This document shows, piece by piece, positions 1 through 12,022 of a stretch of 64,000 nt of DNA. Where the stretch lies: contig CBDDIJ010000004.1 of assembly GCA_965228855.1 (NCBI GenBank), positions 32,001 to 96,000 of the forward strand, given 5' to 3'. The position numbers and the translations under genes were made by a program. Source of the stretch: Candidatus Obscuribacterales bacterium. GTDB lineage: Bacteria > Cyanobacteriota > Vampirovibrionia > Obscuribacterales > Obscuribacteraceae. The notes under the pieces are model-generated. The model was not told the DNA's origin and did not search any database. It saw only the letters and a list, made by a program, of their open reading frames with translations. Every line of letters starts with the position of its first letter. Position 1 is the first letter of the stretch.

Positions 1-85
1 AAAATTTAGCGTTAAATTTTCTGCTAACTTTTCAATATTTTTGAGATTGAGACCATAACCATATTGAAGGAGGAATTACAACCAG

Positions 86-1645
86 TTAAAATATTTGAGA
101 TGAGTGGAACATCCTTGCTCGGCCTTCAATCACATTGGAGTGGTTCTGGAATCTGCTGTCATTCGGAGTCATAAATGCTCTTCCGGCATCCTTTTGCAGG
201 CTTGTATGTGAAAGAGGTGCATGCACTTTGCCAGATTTATCTCCAGATAAAATCTGCTGAAGCGAACTTTGATGGAAAATGTTGTTAATTGTATGATCAG
301 ACTTTGCATAATTTTCACAGGGATCAAATTTCGATCGAGATTGAGCAATTGTAGTACTTGATTTTGCAGAAGCATCTTTTGAAAGCATTGGAACGCTAGA
401 TGACTGAGCAAAATGCCACATGTTTGATCTTTGAGGATTCTTAGTATAATTATAAGCAGCTTTTTTGGAATTGGTTGATGGATTCCAATCAATTTCTCTC
501 GAATTGTATGGCCTATCCCAAATATTTACAGCTCTCATTTCTCTTTCAACTCTTTTTCTTTGAAGTCTCTCTTGCTCCCAAATTAAATGACTTTTATCAT
601 TTAAGTTTGCTCCTTCATATTTTCTTCTGTATTTTGGGTTGACAACTCTCGGAGCTTCATAATATTGAGGCGAAGCTGTGAGTTCATCTTCCATTGGATT
701 CTCAACAATAGGTGAATGCTCCATTCCCTTATTTTGAAAATCACCTTGTCCATAATTTTGATTTTGAATATCGATTTGCTGCTGATTTTGATTATATTTA
801 ACTTTTTGATATTCCTTCTTCTCTTGATGATTGAACATATCCTCTTGTTTATAAGGAGATCCGTTATGATTATCTTCATACTCTTGGTATTCTTCTCTAT
901 TGATATAGTCTTCTTGTTTAATATTATCTAAATATTGATTGATGCCATCATCGACTTTTTCTTCATCTTCGCTCTTTAGCTCGACAATCTGTTCATCTAC
1001 GATTTCAGTAATAACGCTTGATTCTTCGCCTTCACCTTCAGCATATTCAAATCTTCTTTGAGGTTCTTGCTGAAAGTTTTTGGGTTGTTGATTTTGGTTG
1101 GTTTTTCTGTCTGGTTGGTTTTCAGGCATCATTTGAACTCGAGTATCTCTACCTCGGCTAGAGATACTCTGTCTGGCTTCAAATTCTTCTTCGTGCTCCA
1201 TGAACTCATCCATATCTTCTTGATCGTCTATCGAGAGAAAGTTAAACTGACTGCTTTAACCGTATAAAATAAACTTTAATTGCTGAGTTTATAATTGTTT
1301 TAAAATCAAAGATCCTTTAATTTGAATTCTAAAAGAGGGAAATAGCTTTTAAAACAAAATTTCGATTTCACTTATTGTAATATATTCATTCGATCAAAGA
1401 CTACTCAACCCCAATTGTTACGTTATTCAAAGTTTTCCAGCTCAATCTTGCATGGCACAAACAGATATTCAAGAACTTGAGATCTATTAAATAAAATTAC
1501 CAGCAAGGTCATCATCGTTTAGCGATCTGTGTTCAGAATAGTCAGAGTATTCTTGAGGCACTAATTCCTCTTTTTTGCTTTCAACTTTCTTCCCGTTGAA
1601 ATTGAGCTTGTTGATTTGTTTAGGGTCTTCGGTTTTTCTATTCAT
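86..1645 (-). CDS. Hypothetical Q/E/N-rich ciliate protein, 2 exons (1645-1501 and 1227-86; the 3' end may continue)
   Basis: ATG at 1645 opens MNRKTEDPKQ...DDLA. A GTAAT...TAG intron at 1500-1228 joins it in phase (G|AC = Asp) to the 375-aa ORF. The ORF ends TTT-TAA, which could itself be a Euplotes shift site. Confidence 0.6.
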
Positions 1646-2166
1646 CTTTAACTTTTAACTGAATATTTTATAACTTGCTTGATTCCAATATTTAATAAAT
1701 TGAATGTTTATTGCTTTCAACTCAACAATTTTCGTAACAAATTTCAAGTGAAACTGAATTCAAGCAAAATGCTTTTATTTTCTAAAAGTGAATTTTTGTG
1801 TTTTTTATAATTTTTTTTCCTTTGAGCCAATAAAATATTTAGCGAGTTTTTTTTTATATTTCCTTCAGAGATTACTTTTTTTCAAATTTTTTATTAATTT
1901 AATTTGAGTTGATCAAATTTATATTTTAAGTCAATTTGGAGTAAAACTAATTTTGTTGACTTTGCAATTTTAAGTTTAGATTATAACAAAAAAAACTTTT
2001 TAATATTACTATTAAATTTTTATTAATTACTTACAGATTTTTATAAAATGAGAAGAGGATTAGGCAATTTTGGAGAGAGAAAAAGATCCTTAAATTTAAT
2101 ATTATTACTAATTTACTTTCTAATACTTGTTTATTAATTGAATTATTAGATTATATTTAGTTAAGT

Positions 2167-2529
2167 TTTTACAAAATTATTTAAATTTCTACAAAATGGG
2201 CAAGTGACTGCGAAAAGTAACAGTTACCTCAAAATAATTTAAGACTTTGTACTGTTTGTTCCATTTGATTTAGGTGTAAATTTTAAACATCTTGCTTAAA
2301 TCTTTATATCCTTCTTTTATTTAAATTTGATAGGCATCATCATCTTGAAATACTTTGTTTTATCAAACTTAAATGAAAGGACTGTTAAAAGATTTATGTA
2401 AGATGTTTGAAAATTTGCACCTCAATTAAATGGAACAAACAGAACAAAGTCTCAAATTAATCTGAGGCGACTGTTACTTTTCGCAGTCACGTGAGCCTAT
2501 TTTGTAGAAATTTAAATAATTTTGCAAAA
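2167..2529. repeat. Fold-back, MITE-like element with ~140-bp imperfect terminal inverted repeats and a ~80-bp spacer
   Basis: 2167-2306 (..acaaaattatttaaatttctacaaaat..gtgactgcgaaaagtaacagt..tgtttgttccattt..) is the reverse complement of ~2386-2529, with scattered substitutions. Confidence 0.85.
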
Positions 2530-3593
2530 TTTTTTCAGTATTTAAAAGATTCATTTTTTGTTAGAAAAAGCCTAATACTACCTCCGATGGTACTTTGATT
2601 CGAAGTTTAAATAACACTAAAGGTAACAAATGTTACACATAAAAGTTAAATTTTATATTTTTATGCTGTCATTTGAATTAGTTAAATTTTATGTTCTTTA
2701 AAAAGATGAACTTCAGAGTGCATTCAACTTATCAAAATAATTTATAGCAATATAATTTTAACTTTATATTTAAAAGGAGTTACCTCTGAAGAAATTTGAA
2801 GCATTTACAAAGAGAATCAAAATACTATTTTTGTATCAAATATTGAGAGTCAATTTATTTCGAAATTAGTTATTAATTAGATAGATTTTATCTTCTTTAA
2901 ATAAACAAAAGAAATTTTAATTTAAAAATTATTTAAGGAAATTCTAATACTGTTCAGATTTAGATTTATTGATAAAATATTATCAAGTTTATTTTAATAA
3001 ATCCCATCGTTGAATTAGCTGAAAATTTGAAAATAAATCTTGGTAATATATAGCTTTAAACATCAGCAATGATGTTTATACTATACTAAATATGGTATCT
3101 CAAATTGTAAAGAGAATATTTTATTAATATGAAATAATGGAAATTTGCATTGTAATTTAAACTATAAATAATATAAAAAATTAATATCTTGAATTATAAA
3201 AGGTTTGATACATTTATTGATTAAAAATCAAAATATTAAAAATTACTTTTGCTTATTTAAAATTACAAATATTTTATTTATAATAATTAAAGATATTTTA
3301 AAGTTAGACAAATAAAATTTGATTTAAATATATAAAGTTTTAAGATATTTTGACATTTTTTTCGATGATTGTGTATTGTAAATAAAGTTTTTATTATATA
3401 AATTTTGAATTTAATTTGTAAACTATAAATATTTACAAATACATTCTTTATAATAAAACAGGCACCGAAAAAATCAATAGGAAATTAAGTTTAACGAATT
3501 AAAAAATGTTAATTTCTTTTATATCAAATTAAGTTTTCAATTTAATTCGAATAATTATTATTGAATTGATTCTATTAATCAATCAGCAAGTTT

Positions 3594-5870
3594 TTAGTTT
3601 TTCAAAGACTTTGCATCCTTTGACTCAACTAATGTCACAGTGCAGTTTAGAACCTTTAATTCATCTGTTGATTCCTCTGCAACAGTGAAGTAACCTTTTC
3701 TTAAGAATTGGAATCTATCATAAGGCTTAATATCGGATAAATGAGCCCATAATTTTGCGTTATCCTTTACAATTAGAGATTCTTTGTTAACGCTCTTTAA
3801 CCATTGTTTTCCAAGAGATTTTGGATTTTCTACGCTAAAAAGTCTGTCGTACAGATTAACTCTCGCTGTAATGCTGTGCTTTACACTGACCCAATGAATG
3901 CAACCTTTAATCTTTTGATTGATACTGTTATCTGTAGTAACAACAATATGATTAATTGTTCCATCTCCGTTCTTTACAACTTCTTTCAGTTTAATATATG
4001 GTCCATTGAAAAGTCTTACAGGTTGTTCTGGAGTTAATCCATAATACTTTGGAGTTGAAACTTCATTAAAGTCAGACTCCTCAATATAAATAGCTCTAGT
4101 GAGAGTGTAAATAACCTTTCCTTTCTCTAGTTTTCCTGGGAATAAATCTCCTTCTTCTTTGCGCTCATCATCTTCAGCAATATCGTCAATAATAACTTTT
4201 AATGGATCGATGACGCAGTGAGTTCTTGGAGCGTTCTCATCAAGGTCTTTTCTGATAAAGTGCTCAAGAAGTCTGACATCAATAACTTTCTCATTACCTT
4301 TCTTTGAAACTCCAATACAATCACAGAATTCATTAATTGCATTTGGTGTGTATCCTCTTCTCTTAAGTCCGTTAAGGGTCATTAGTCTAGGGTCGCTCCA
4401 TGATTCAACAAAGCCTCTCTTGATAAGTTCATCAATTTTTCGCTTTGATAAAACAGTGTTACTGATATTTAGTCTTGAGTACTCCCACACAAATGGTCTG
4501 TAAATATCAAGAGCGTCAAGAAGCCAGTAATATGACTCTCTTCTGTTTTCGAACTCTAATGTACACAATGAGTGAGTAATATGCTCAATACTATCGCAGA
4601 TGCAATGTGTATAGTCATATGATGGGTATATGCACCATTTATCTCCAGCATGTGGATGTGGAGTGTATTTAATTCTGTATGCAACGTGATCTCTCATATT
4701 TGGATTATCATGATCCATTTTAATTTTCATTCTTAATGTGCATTCTCCTTCTTCGAAGTATCCATTTTTCATCTTTTCGAATAATTCAAGGTTCTCTTCA
4801 ATAGATCTGTTTCTATATGGAGATTCGACCATATCTTCTCTTCCCTTTCTCATCTCTTCAGCAGTTTGATTGCAAACGTAAGCTTTTCCTCTTTTGATTA
4901 GTTCGACAGCATAGCTGTATAGTTGTGGGAAATAGTCACTGCTAAATGTTACTTGATATGGTTCATAACCTAACCATCTGACATTGCCTTCAATATTATC
5001 AATATATTCCTTTGACTCCTTTTCTGGGTTTGTATCGTCGTATCTAAGATAGCAATATCCACCATTATCAGATGCTTGAGTAAAGCTGAATCTCATAGCC
5101 TTGGCATGTCCAATGTGCAAATATCCATTTGGCTCAGGTGGGAATCTAGTTACGATTTTTCCTCCAGTAATTCTCATATGTTCTTTTAATATTTCTTCTG
5201 AGTTACTAATTCCAGCAACTTCTCTTCCAATAAGAGAGCTAATTTTCTTCTTTTTGTAAAGCAGAAGATCATCTTCTTCTCCTTTCTTTTCTTCTTCAGC
5301 TGGCTTTTCCTTTTTAGCCTTTTTCTTTTTCGCATCTTTAGGTTTCTCTCCAAGAGTTTCGACCGATTTCCTGTTAATAGTGTCTATAATCATTTTTCCT
5401 TCAGCCCACTTTAGCTTTTCTTTTGCAAGGTGGATAAGAGCAGTAAAGTTAAAGTCCCATCCTTCTTCTTTAATCTTGACATCGTGCTCACTAAAAAGAG
5501 TGTTAATGCACTCGTCGACTTCAGTTTGGGTGATAACCACGCCAACTCCACAGTCATTTTCGAATTTAGCAATATCGACCTCCTCAACACCCTTTAATGA
5601 AGCAATAGCGGCTGCCAATCTATCTGCTGTTGTGATTTTCGCATCCCTGATGTACTCAACCAACAGCTTTGAATGATGTTGCAAGGTTTCTGGTAGTTTT
5701 GTTGATAGATTGTAAAGAAGATTTCCAACGTTTTTATCAGCAGTTTGGATTCCTCCAATCTCTACCAATTCCTTTAGCCTTTGAGATACCTTGGCATTTT
5801 TAATAATGTTCTTAACTGTCTTCTCTTCGATTGAAATATCCAAGAAAATCTTTTCTAAACTCTCCTCCAT
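3594..5870 (-). CDS. QARS1: Glutaminyl-tRNA synthetase, eukaryotic type with N-terminal extension
   Basis: Intronless 758-aa ORF with TRFPPEPNGYLHIGHAKA (HIGH), YDYTHCICDSIEHITHSLCTLEF and VLSKRK (KMSKS-like), plus the eukaryotic N-terminal domain (FENDCGVGVVIT). Confidence 0.97.
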   Translation of the reverse strand: MEESLEKIFLDISIEEKTVKNIIKNAKVSQRLKELVEIGGIQTADKNVGNLLYNLSTKLPETLQHHSKLLVEYIRDAKITTADRLAAAIASLKGVEEVDIAKFENDCGVGVVITQTEVDECINTLFSEHDVKIKEEGWDFNFTALIHLAKEKLKWAEGKMIIDTINRKSVETLGEKPKDAKKKKAKKEKPAEEEKKGEEDDLLLYKKKKISSLIGREVAGISNSEEILKEHMRITGGKIVTRFPPEPNGYLHIGHAKAMRFSFTQASDNGGYCYLRYDDTNPEKESKEYIDNIEGNVRWLGYEPYQVTFSSDYFPQLYSYAVELIKRGKAYVCNQTAEEMRKGREDMVESPYRNRSIEENLELFEKMKNGYFEEGECTLRMKIKMDHDNPNMRDHVAYRIKYTPHPHAGDKWCIYPSYDYTHCICDSIEHITHSLCTLEFENRRESYYWLLDALDIYRPFVWEYSRLNISNTVLSKRKIDELIKRGFVESWSDPRLMTLNGLKRRGYTPNAINEFCDCIGVSKKGNEKVIDVRLLEHFIRKDLDENAPRTHCVIDPLKVIIDDIAEDDERKEEGDLFPGKLEKGKVIYTLTRAIYIEESDFNEVSTPKYYGLTPEQPVRLFNGPYIKLKEVVKNGDGTINHIVVTTDNSINQKIKGCIHWVSVKHSITARVNLYDRLFSVENPKSLGKQWLKSVNKESLIVKDNAKLWAHLSDIKPYDRFQFLRKGYFTVAEESTDELKVLNCTVTLVESKDAKSLKN

Positions 5871-6121
5871 ATTAATTAAGCTTTAGATTAAATAATGATA
5901 TTACCCAATAATTTTACTGCAATATTTATTTGTTCCAAAACAAATAAAGATGTTTTAGTACAATTTTCTAAGTTTATTAATACTGAAAGAATCAGTATTA
6001 TGGAGCAGAAGCATTATTTTCTTATTATATTCGATATTTTTTTACTTATTCAAATAATATGAATTCAATTACTTCAAGATATTTTCAATAGTCTTGTGTT
6101 TATTAGCTATAAATATTCCTC

Positions 6122-6300
6122 AACATGCCCAAAAATTTTGACTTTTCAATTTACACCAGTTACGCACATGGTGTATTTGGAAATCCGATTACACTATTTA
6201 GATTTCACCTGTTAAAAATTGACTTCGAGTAATTGGATTTCCAAATACACCATGTGCGTAACTGGTGTAAATTGAAAAGTCAAATTTTTAGGGCCATGTA
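6122..6300. repeat. Short fold-back, MITE-like element with ~70-bp inverted repeats and a ~36-bp spacer
   Basis: ttgacttttcaatttacaccagttacgcacatggtgtatttggaaatcc (~6138-6186) recurs as its reverse complement at ~6235-6283. Confidence 0.9.
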
Positions 6301-7012
6301 TAATCTTATGTAAAACTTCCTGCTTTGATTTTAATTCCTTACTTTTTATTGGTAAGGAAAATGAGCTTTGGAGTCGAAAGAAGAGATTTTGGTTTTCTTT
6401 ACGAAGAAGCAAAATTATTATATAAATCTTTCCTTTTCACATACTTGAAATAATAATCTGATTATTTAACTACAATGCTTTTCTTTTCGCCAAGAGAGAA
6501 AAATTACTAGGCTAAAATCAAAATGTATTGTTTGATATTATAAACTTATTTTCAGAATTTTTGAGAATACGGTTTTATTAGAAGACATTGAATTTAAATT
6601 CTTAGATAATCTGAATATATAGCTTAACAAATTTTTTATTTCAAAATAAAAAAATTAGCTAAGATAAAATAATATTAAGATTTTTGATTTTGATTTAAAA
6701 TATATTACAAAAATAGTTATTAAAATTTAAATAGAAGTATAATTACTTTTTCTCATAATTTCTAAAAATACAGTATTATTATAAATTAATAATTTGCGTC
6801 TAAATTCATCTCTTTTTTAATGAAATGATAACGAATTATAATAGTTGAGAATTTAAATTGCATATTATTTAAATTTAAATATGTACGCACATTTAATTTT
6901 CAAATGTTAAGAGTGGTTTCTGTTATTCAATATTCTTAATTTGATGTGTTTTGTTGCTTCCTCCAGTAAATACCAATTTATATATCTATAGTATTAAAAA
7001 CTCAATACCAAA

Positions 7013-9497
7013 ATGAACAAGAACAGCAAATATTTCAAATCTTTTGAGATTCCGAGAAAGAATTCAAAAAATAAAATCGGCAAGTTTTATTTCATAATTT
7101 TACTAAATCTTGTAAAATTTAGATCCCCAAGTTCTAATGAAATTGCTTGAGTTTGATTGACCAAAGTATTTTGACTTCACTCAGCTAGGACAAAAGGAGG
7201 CAAGTTGTCAGTTCGCAAAAAGCAATGTCGTTTATCATTAAATTAGAGTTTTACTTTTTTCCAAAAATACTGAGATTATTTATAATGTAGCAAAACTAAC
7301 TTTTATTTTGCATTTTTGATTTTCTATTTAATATCAGCTTTGCAGTAAAAATTATTAATAAAATAATAAAGACTTTATCATAGCCAGCTGTGAGTAGCAA
7401 GGAAATCAAAATTGATGAGATTAATGATGAATTTAACACTGAGAACAAACATCCTAATTGTCAGCAGCAAAACAAGACGAAGTACTTCAGTCAAAAGAAT
7501 AACAGCAATCTTCAAAACTATTATAAAAAGTATATTTCTGCTATCCATAAATTATTAATTTTTAATATAGAATATAAACTTTGTAATCTCTGAAAATCTT
7601 GGAAAGAAAGAGCCTCTCAATGTTAAAAAATCCGCAAGAGGAGTAGATAAGCTTCAAGTTGATAGCAGCTTTGAGTGAATGCAACACAAGTTCCATTTAA
7701 AATCGATATCCAATCAGTCACCGACTGATTACAATCTATCAAAGAGAAATCAAAATAGTTCCAAATAACTATTCAACTTCGCGCTCTAAAGTTTGTCAAT
7801 CAGTATACAAAAAGTACATTGACGTTTCAAAGAAATCTAGTCCTTTGACTAATTTAAAAGAAATGAGTCGGCACAATGAATCATTAGGCACAAACTCATT
7901 TTTGGTAGGGAAAAGTAAAAGAATCTGCAAAAATCAATCGAACCTCAAAAACTGTTCTTCATTTATTTGCTGAAGTAAATCTCCATTAAGAAGTATCAAG
8001 GATTCTTGCAAATCCAACAACTGAATTAAGTCTAAGAAAAGCCTCAAAGAGCTCAGCTGAAATCAAGAGGATAGTAAGAGAAAAATGAGGCAGAAAATCA
8101 AAAGAACCACTTCGAAAAACAGCGCTAGAAGCACCAGCAAAATCTGCTCTATATCAAAGACTAGCAAACAACAGGAGCCAAGACTGAACGAAATATCATC
8201 GGTATTAAAGTAAGAGTGATTCAAACTTAAGACATTACTAAAAATATGCAGCTGATTATTAGATTGCATCAATATCATAAAATTAAGGTTAAATAGACTT
8301 TTGTTATAGAGTGAACACTTTCGATTCAATTGACTCAGTTGCTATTAAAAATAATAATGCGCATCAACCTTCTGATAAGTCAAGTAAGTTGAAACTCTTG
8401 TGATTCGTTCAAAATCTATGCCAGTTAAAAATAGTAGTTTAACTTAAAAGGAAATTAAATTCAAATATTTTGGTTTTGGGATGAGTAGAATTTGGGATAA
8501 AAATCGCAAAGCAAATCAAAAAATAGTATTTTGTAAAGCAGCAAATAGAAATACAGGTTTTCAAACTATTGAGAGATATCTTAGCTGGTAGCTAATGATT
8601 TAGATCGAATTAGTACTGGGTGAATTAAAATATTGGTTATCGAATAAAATTTGATTTCAGTACTTTACAAGTTAATACCCTTTTATAATTAGCCGAAATA
8701 GTGAAGAAAAGAGCAAAGATTATTAAGAGCTGACGGATTAGTCCAAGAAATATTAAGTCATCTGGTAGAGCGCCTAAATAAGTCCCAACGGAAGTGAAAT
8801 ATGGACAACAAAAATCATGATTTTGAGAATAGATCTCTATGCCAAAACTCGATGCAAAGCTGCAGCATTGCTATAAGTAGTAATATTAGTAAAATACCGA
8901 GTAGTCAGCAGACAAGGAATCAAGCGAATATTGGGAATGTAAAGAGTAATATCTCTTCAATTATGGAAACTTACTCTCATTTGATGGCGAAGAAGAAGTC
9001 GCTACAGAAGAGAAGTCACAATAAAGAAAGCAATAGATCCTTCTGATCTAAACATAAAAAGCCAGTGAAGAGCAAGCAAACCTAATAAATACAATCCTAT
9101 TAAATCTATTTTAAAACATATGGATGCTGCTGAAAAGGTATTTCATAAGCAAAAGGAATGTGCGAGTAAACCCAAAAATAATCCAGCTAGTCTGTTTGAG
9201 ATTAAGCAAAATGTTGAAAAAGAGTTGACCAATAATAAATATCAAAATAGAAATTTAAACTTCTTAAGTTTGTGCAGTAGTAGTCAAAGAGCGATGCTAA
9301 ACGAACTTAAAATGCAATCAGATCAGCTAAAGATTCAATTAAATTTATTTATGCAAGCTCAGAATACTATTGATTCTGTTCCAAAAAGAGTAGATGGAAG
9401 CGATCTTACTTTTAGAAATTTTGGATCAGATTTAACATCAACAGATAGTACTCAAAGAATAGTAGAAGATGATAACAATATACAAACTTCAAGATAA
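7013..9497 (+). CDS. Multi-exon, multiply frameshifted K/S/N-rich protein with an N-terminal EFDCPKYFDF motif (TPX2-like)
   Basis: Introns 7080-7122 (GC-AG), 7200-7383 (GC-AG), 7530-7570, 8210-8309 and 8384-8692 are all phase-compatible. Shifts occur at ATA-TAA 7572 (+2), AAA-TAA 7763 (+1), AAA-TAA 8776 (+1) and ACC-TAA 9080 (+1), with eight in-frame TGA. The model links ORFs 7390, 8801 and 9120. Confidence 0.65.
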
Positions 9498-10233
9498 AAT
9501 AGATTTGTAGTAAGCATACTGGATATTAATATATTTAATTTTATTAACATCAACAATAATTTGAAAGTCTAACCTTTATAATAATATTGTCCATAAAGTC
9601 TTTTATCTAAAGCCACATGAAAGTAAAAATAATTTTTAAAAAATGAATCTGAGGTCTTTAAATAGATAATATTTTAAAATCACACAAAGTTATTAAATCA
9701 AGCATGCATAATATTTTAGTTTTAAACTTTTTTCTCAGTACCATCATCTAGTTACATTAAAACTCTAGTACTATATTTTTTTCGATATTCAGGAGCTTAT
9801 GACAAAATGAGACGTAAGGCTTGGAGTTTCAGATATTAATTACAATAAAAAAATATTTATTTTCTTTCTCTTTAAAATTGATTTTAATAACTAATTTTTT
9901 ATTTATTTTAGACGTCAAATTTAAAATAAAGCTATTTCTTTGTATTTTATTGCAAATGATAAACATTAATTTATTATTATAAAAAGCTTTAATTATTAAC
10001 AATTTAAGCAGAATCATACAACTTTGACTTAAATTTTTAAGTATTTAGTTAAATGAAAAGCAACACGCAAAACTTCATTTATTTTGATCTTTTATAATTT
10101 AGTTTTTACTTGACAAAATATACTTTTGGATCTCGTTTGCTTTATGTTTTTGTTAATACACTCAAATAATCGTGATTTTTGATTGTTTGAGGTTAAAATA
10201 AAAATGCTTTGTCTTCCTATGAAAATTTTTTAA

Positions 10234-11467
10234 TTAAATATTACTTTTTCTTGACCTGATTTTAGCTTTTATCACTTTTATATAACTCCTATCAAAACCG
10301 GGCTTGCTAAAATAACAATTAGATTAAATATAAAAAAAAATAAAGAATGTTTACAAATCTTCGAATAGAGTTATTGCATGATATCTTTTATCTTTCTCTT
10401 CCTTATGTTTTTCCCAATCATCAAGCCTTTGTTTTAGTTCCTCATCTGTCATTTTATTGGTATTTTGAGGTTGGTTAGATTCTTTCTTTCGTCGTTGGAA
10501 TATATTCCTTTGATTGATTTCTCTATTCCCTCTTTTGAGAGCGTCCATTCCATCAAACAAACTAATAGCTATTACATTTGATTTACTTTGGATTATTTAA
10601 TTTGCTCATTTGTTAGCGGAATATTTAATTTATTTTGACAACACTTTGATTACTTTCATGTTTTCCTTCATGTCTTCAGGAAGTGGTTTTTGATCTCTGA
10701 ATAACCTATGATCTGACTCTCTATAAATAGAAGATTAACTTTCATTTTCAGTTGGAGATTTAATATTGATGAAATGAAATACTTAAGTAATTTTGTCCTT
10801 TTGCTCTTTTTGCTCTCTGAATGACATTTACATTGTTTGAGTGCCTGACCTTAAACAAAACGTTTTATTAAAATATATTGGAAATATTTAACCTGTTGAT
10901 ATCCTCAAATGTGGTGTTAGCTTTGGTGCAACGTGATCAAATTTATTTGAATCATTTGCTGCTTTATTTTGATACAAATCTTCAATTTTGGTTAAGAACT
11001 TACTAAATGAACTTAACTCTTTAAAGTAAAAGGAATCAAGATGTAATTTTAAATGTTCAATTTCAGTAAAGGATTACTTTTTAAAGATATTCTTCCTATC
11101 GATAGAACTATCACTTTGTTTTAAAGTAGATTCAATCAAATTAGAATTCTTCGACTTTCTTGCGCTTGAAATCTCATCATGCTGATTTTTGACTGTCCTC
11201 GATCTCTTTTTATTTAATATAAAGATTGTCCCTTTGCCTTCTCTTTTTAATACTACAAATTTTATTTTAAAAATTTACAGTTGATTTCATAAAATCGCGT
11301 CTCCTTGAATTTTAGTGTGAAATTTGAAATTGTTACGAAATGCGTTCTCGAGTTTATTGTTGTGCTTCTTTGAAAATAATTTATTTCTGTTGAGATGAAC
11401 TTATATTCAAAGTATTTGAGTAGAAATTTATTCAACAATCCTCTCACTTTGACACTGTTACATCCAT
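10234..11467 (-). CDS. Hypothetical basic protein with 6 introns and four AAA-TAA +1 frameshifts
   Basis: ATG at 11467. AAA-TAA at 11386-11381, 11215-11210, 10635-10630 and 10598-10593. GT-AG introns 11278-11253, 11077-11003, 10892-10850, 10782-10721, 10586-10562 and 10354-10306 keep the frame into ORF 10351-10560. Confidence 0.6.
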
Positions 11468-12022
11468 TTTCTATATTTAAATTGGAGCTAAGCAAGGATT
11501 TTTATGATATAATCGACTAGAATTGTATTTTAAATCTGAGAATTAACTTTCCTGTTTTATTTTGAAATAATACTTCCTATTATCAACTACTTATTTTTGC
11601 TTATTTGTAAATATTTAATTTATCCAATCGGCAAATATTAAAATTATTTACATTTGTTGTTGCAATTTTCTCCTCAATAAAAATAGGTTTATTAGACAGA
11701 GTTAAGATTTATATATTCAATGGTTACTATGAACACTCATCTTTCATTTACCTTATTAATATTTATTGTTTTAAGTTCAAGCTCCAAAATATGGAAGCGA
11801 CTAAATAGCTACCAATTAAAATTTTGAATTGATGCTATTAAATTATTTTAGTTTAAAATACATTTATTTTAATTTAGTAGTATGTAAGTTTAGTAATATT
11901 TTAATTCAACACTTTAGATTATTTATAATTTTAGGAGTATCAAAACTATATTGCATTATATACATCAAAAAGTATGTGCATGAATAGTTATTTAAATAAT
12001 ATAAATAATTGAACATCTCCTA

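Noticed and set aside
8468..8497. TTTTGGTTTTGGG as a telomeric repeat
   Set aside because: No full G4 run, no TTCAA at 17 bp, and it lies inside a predicted intron.
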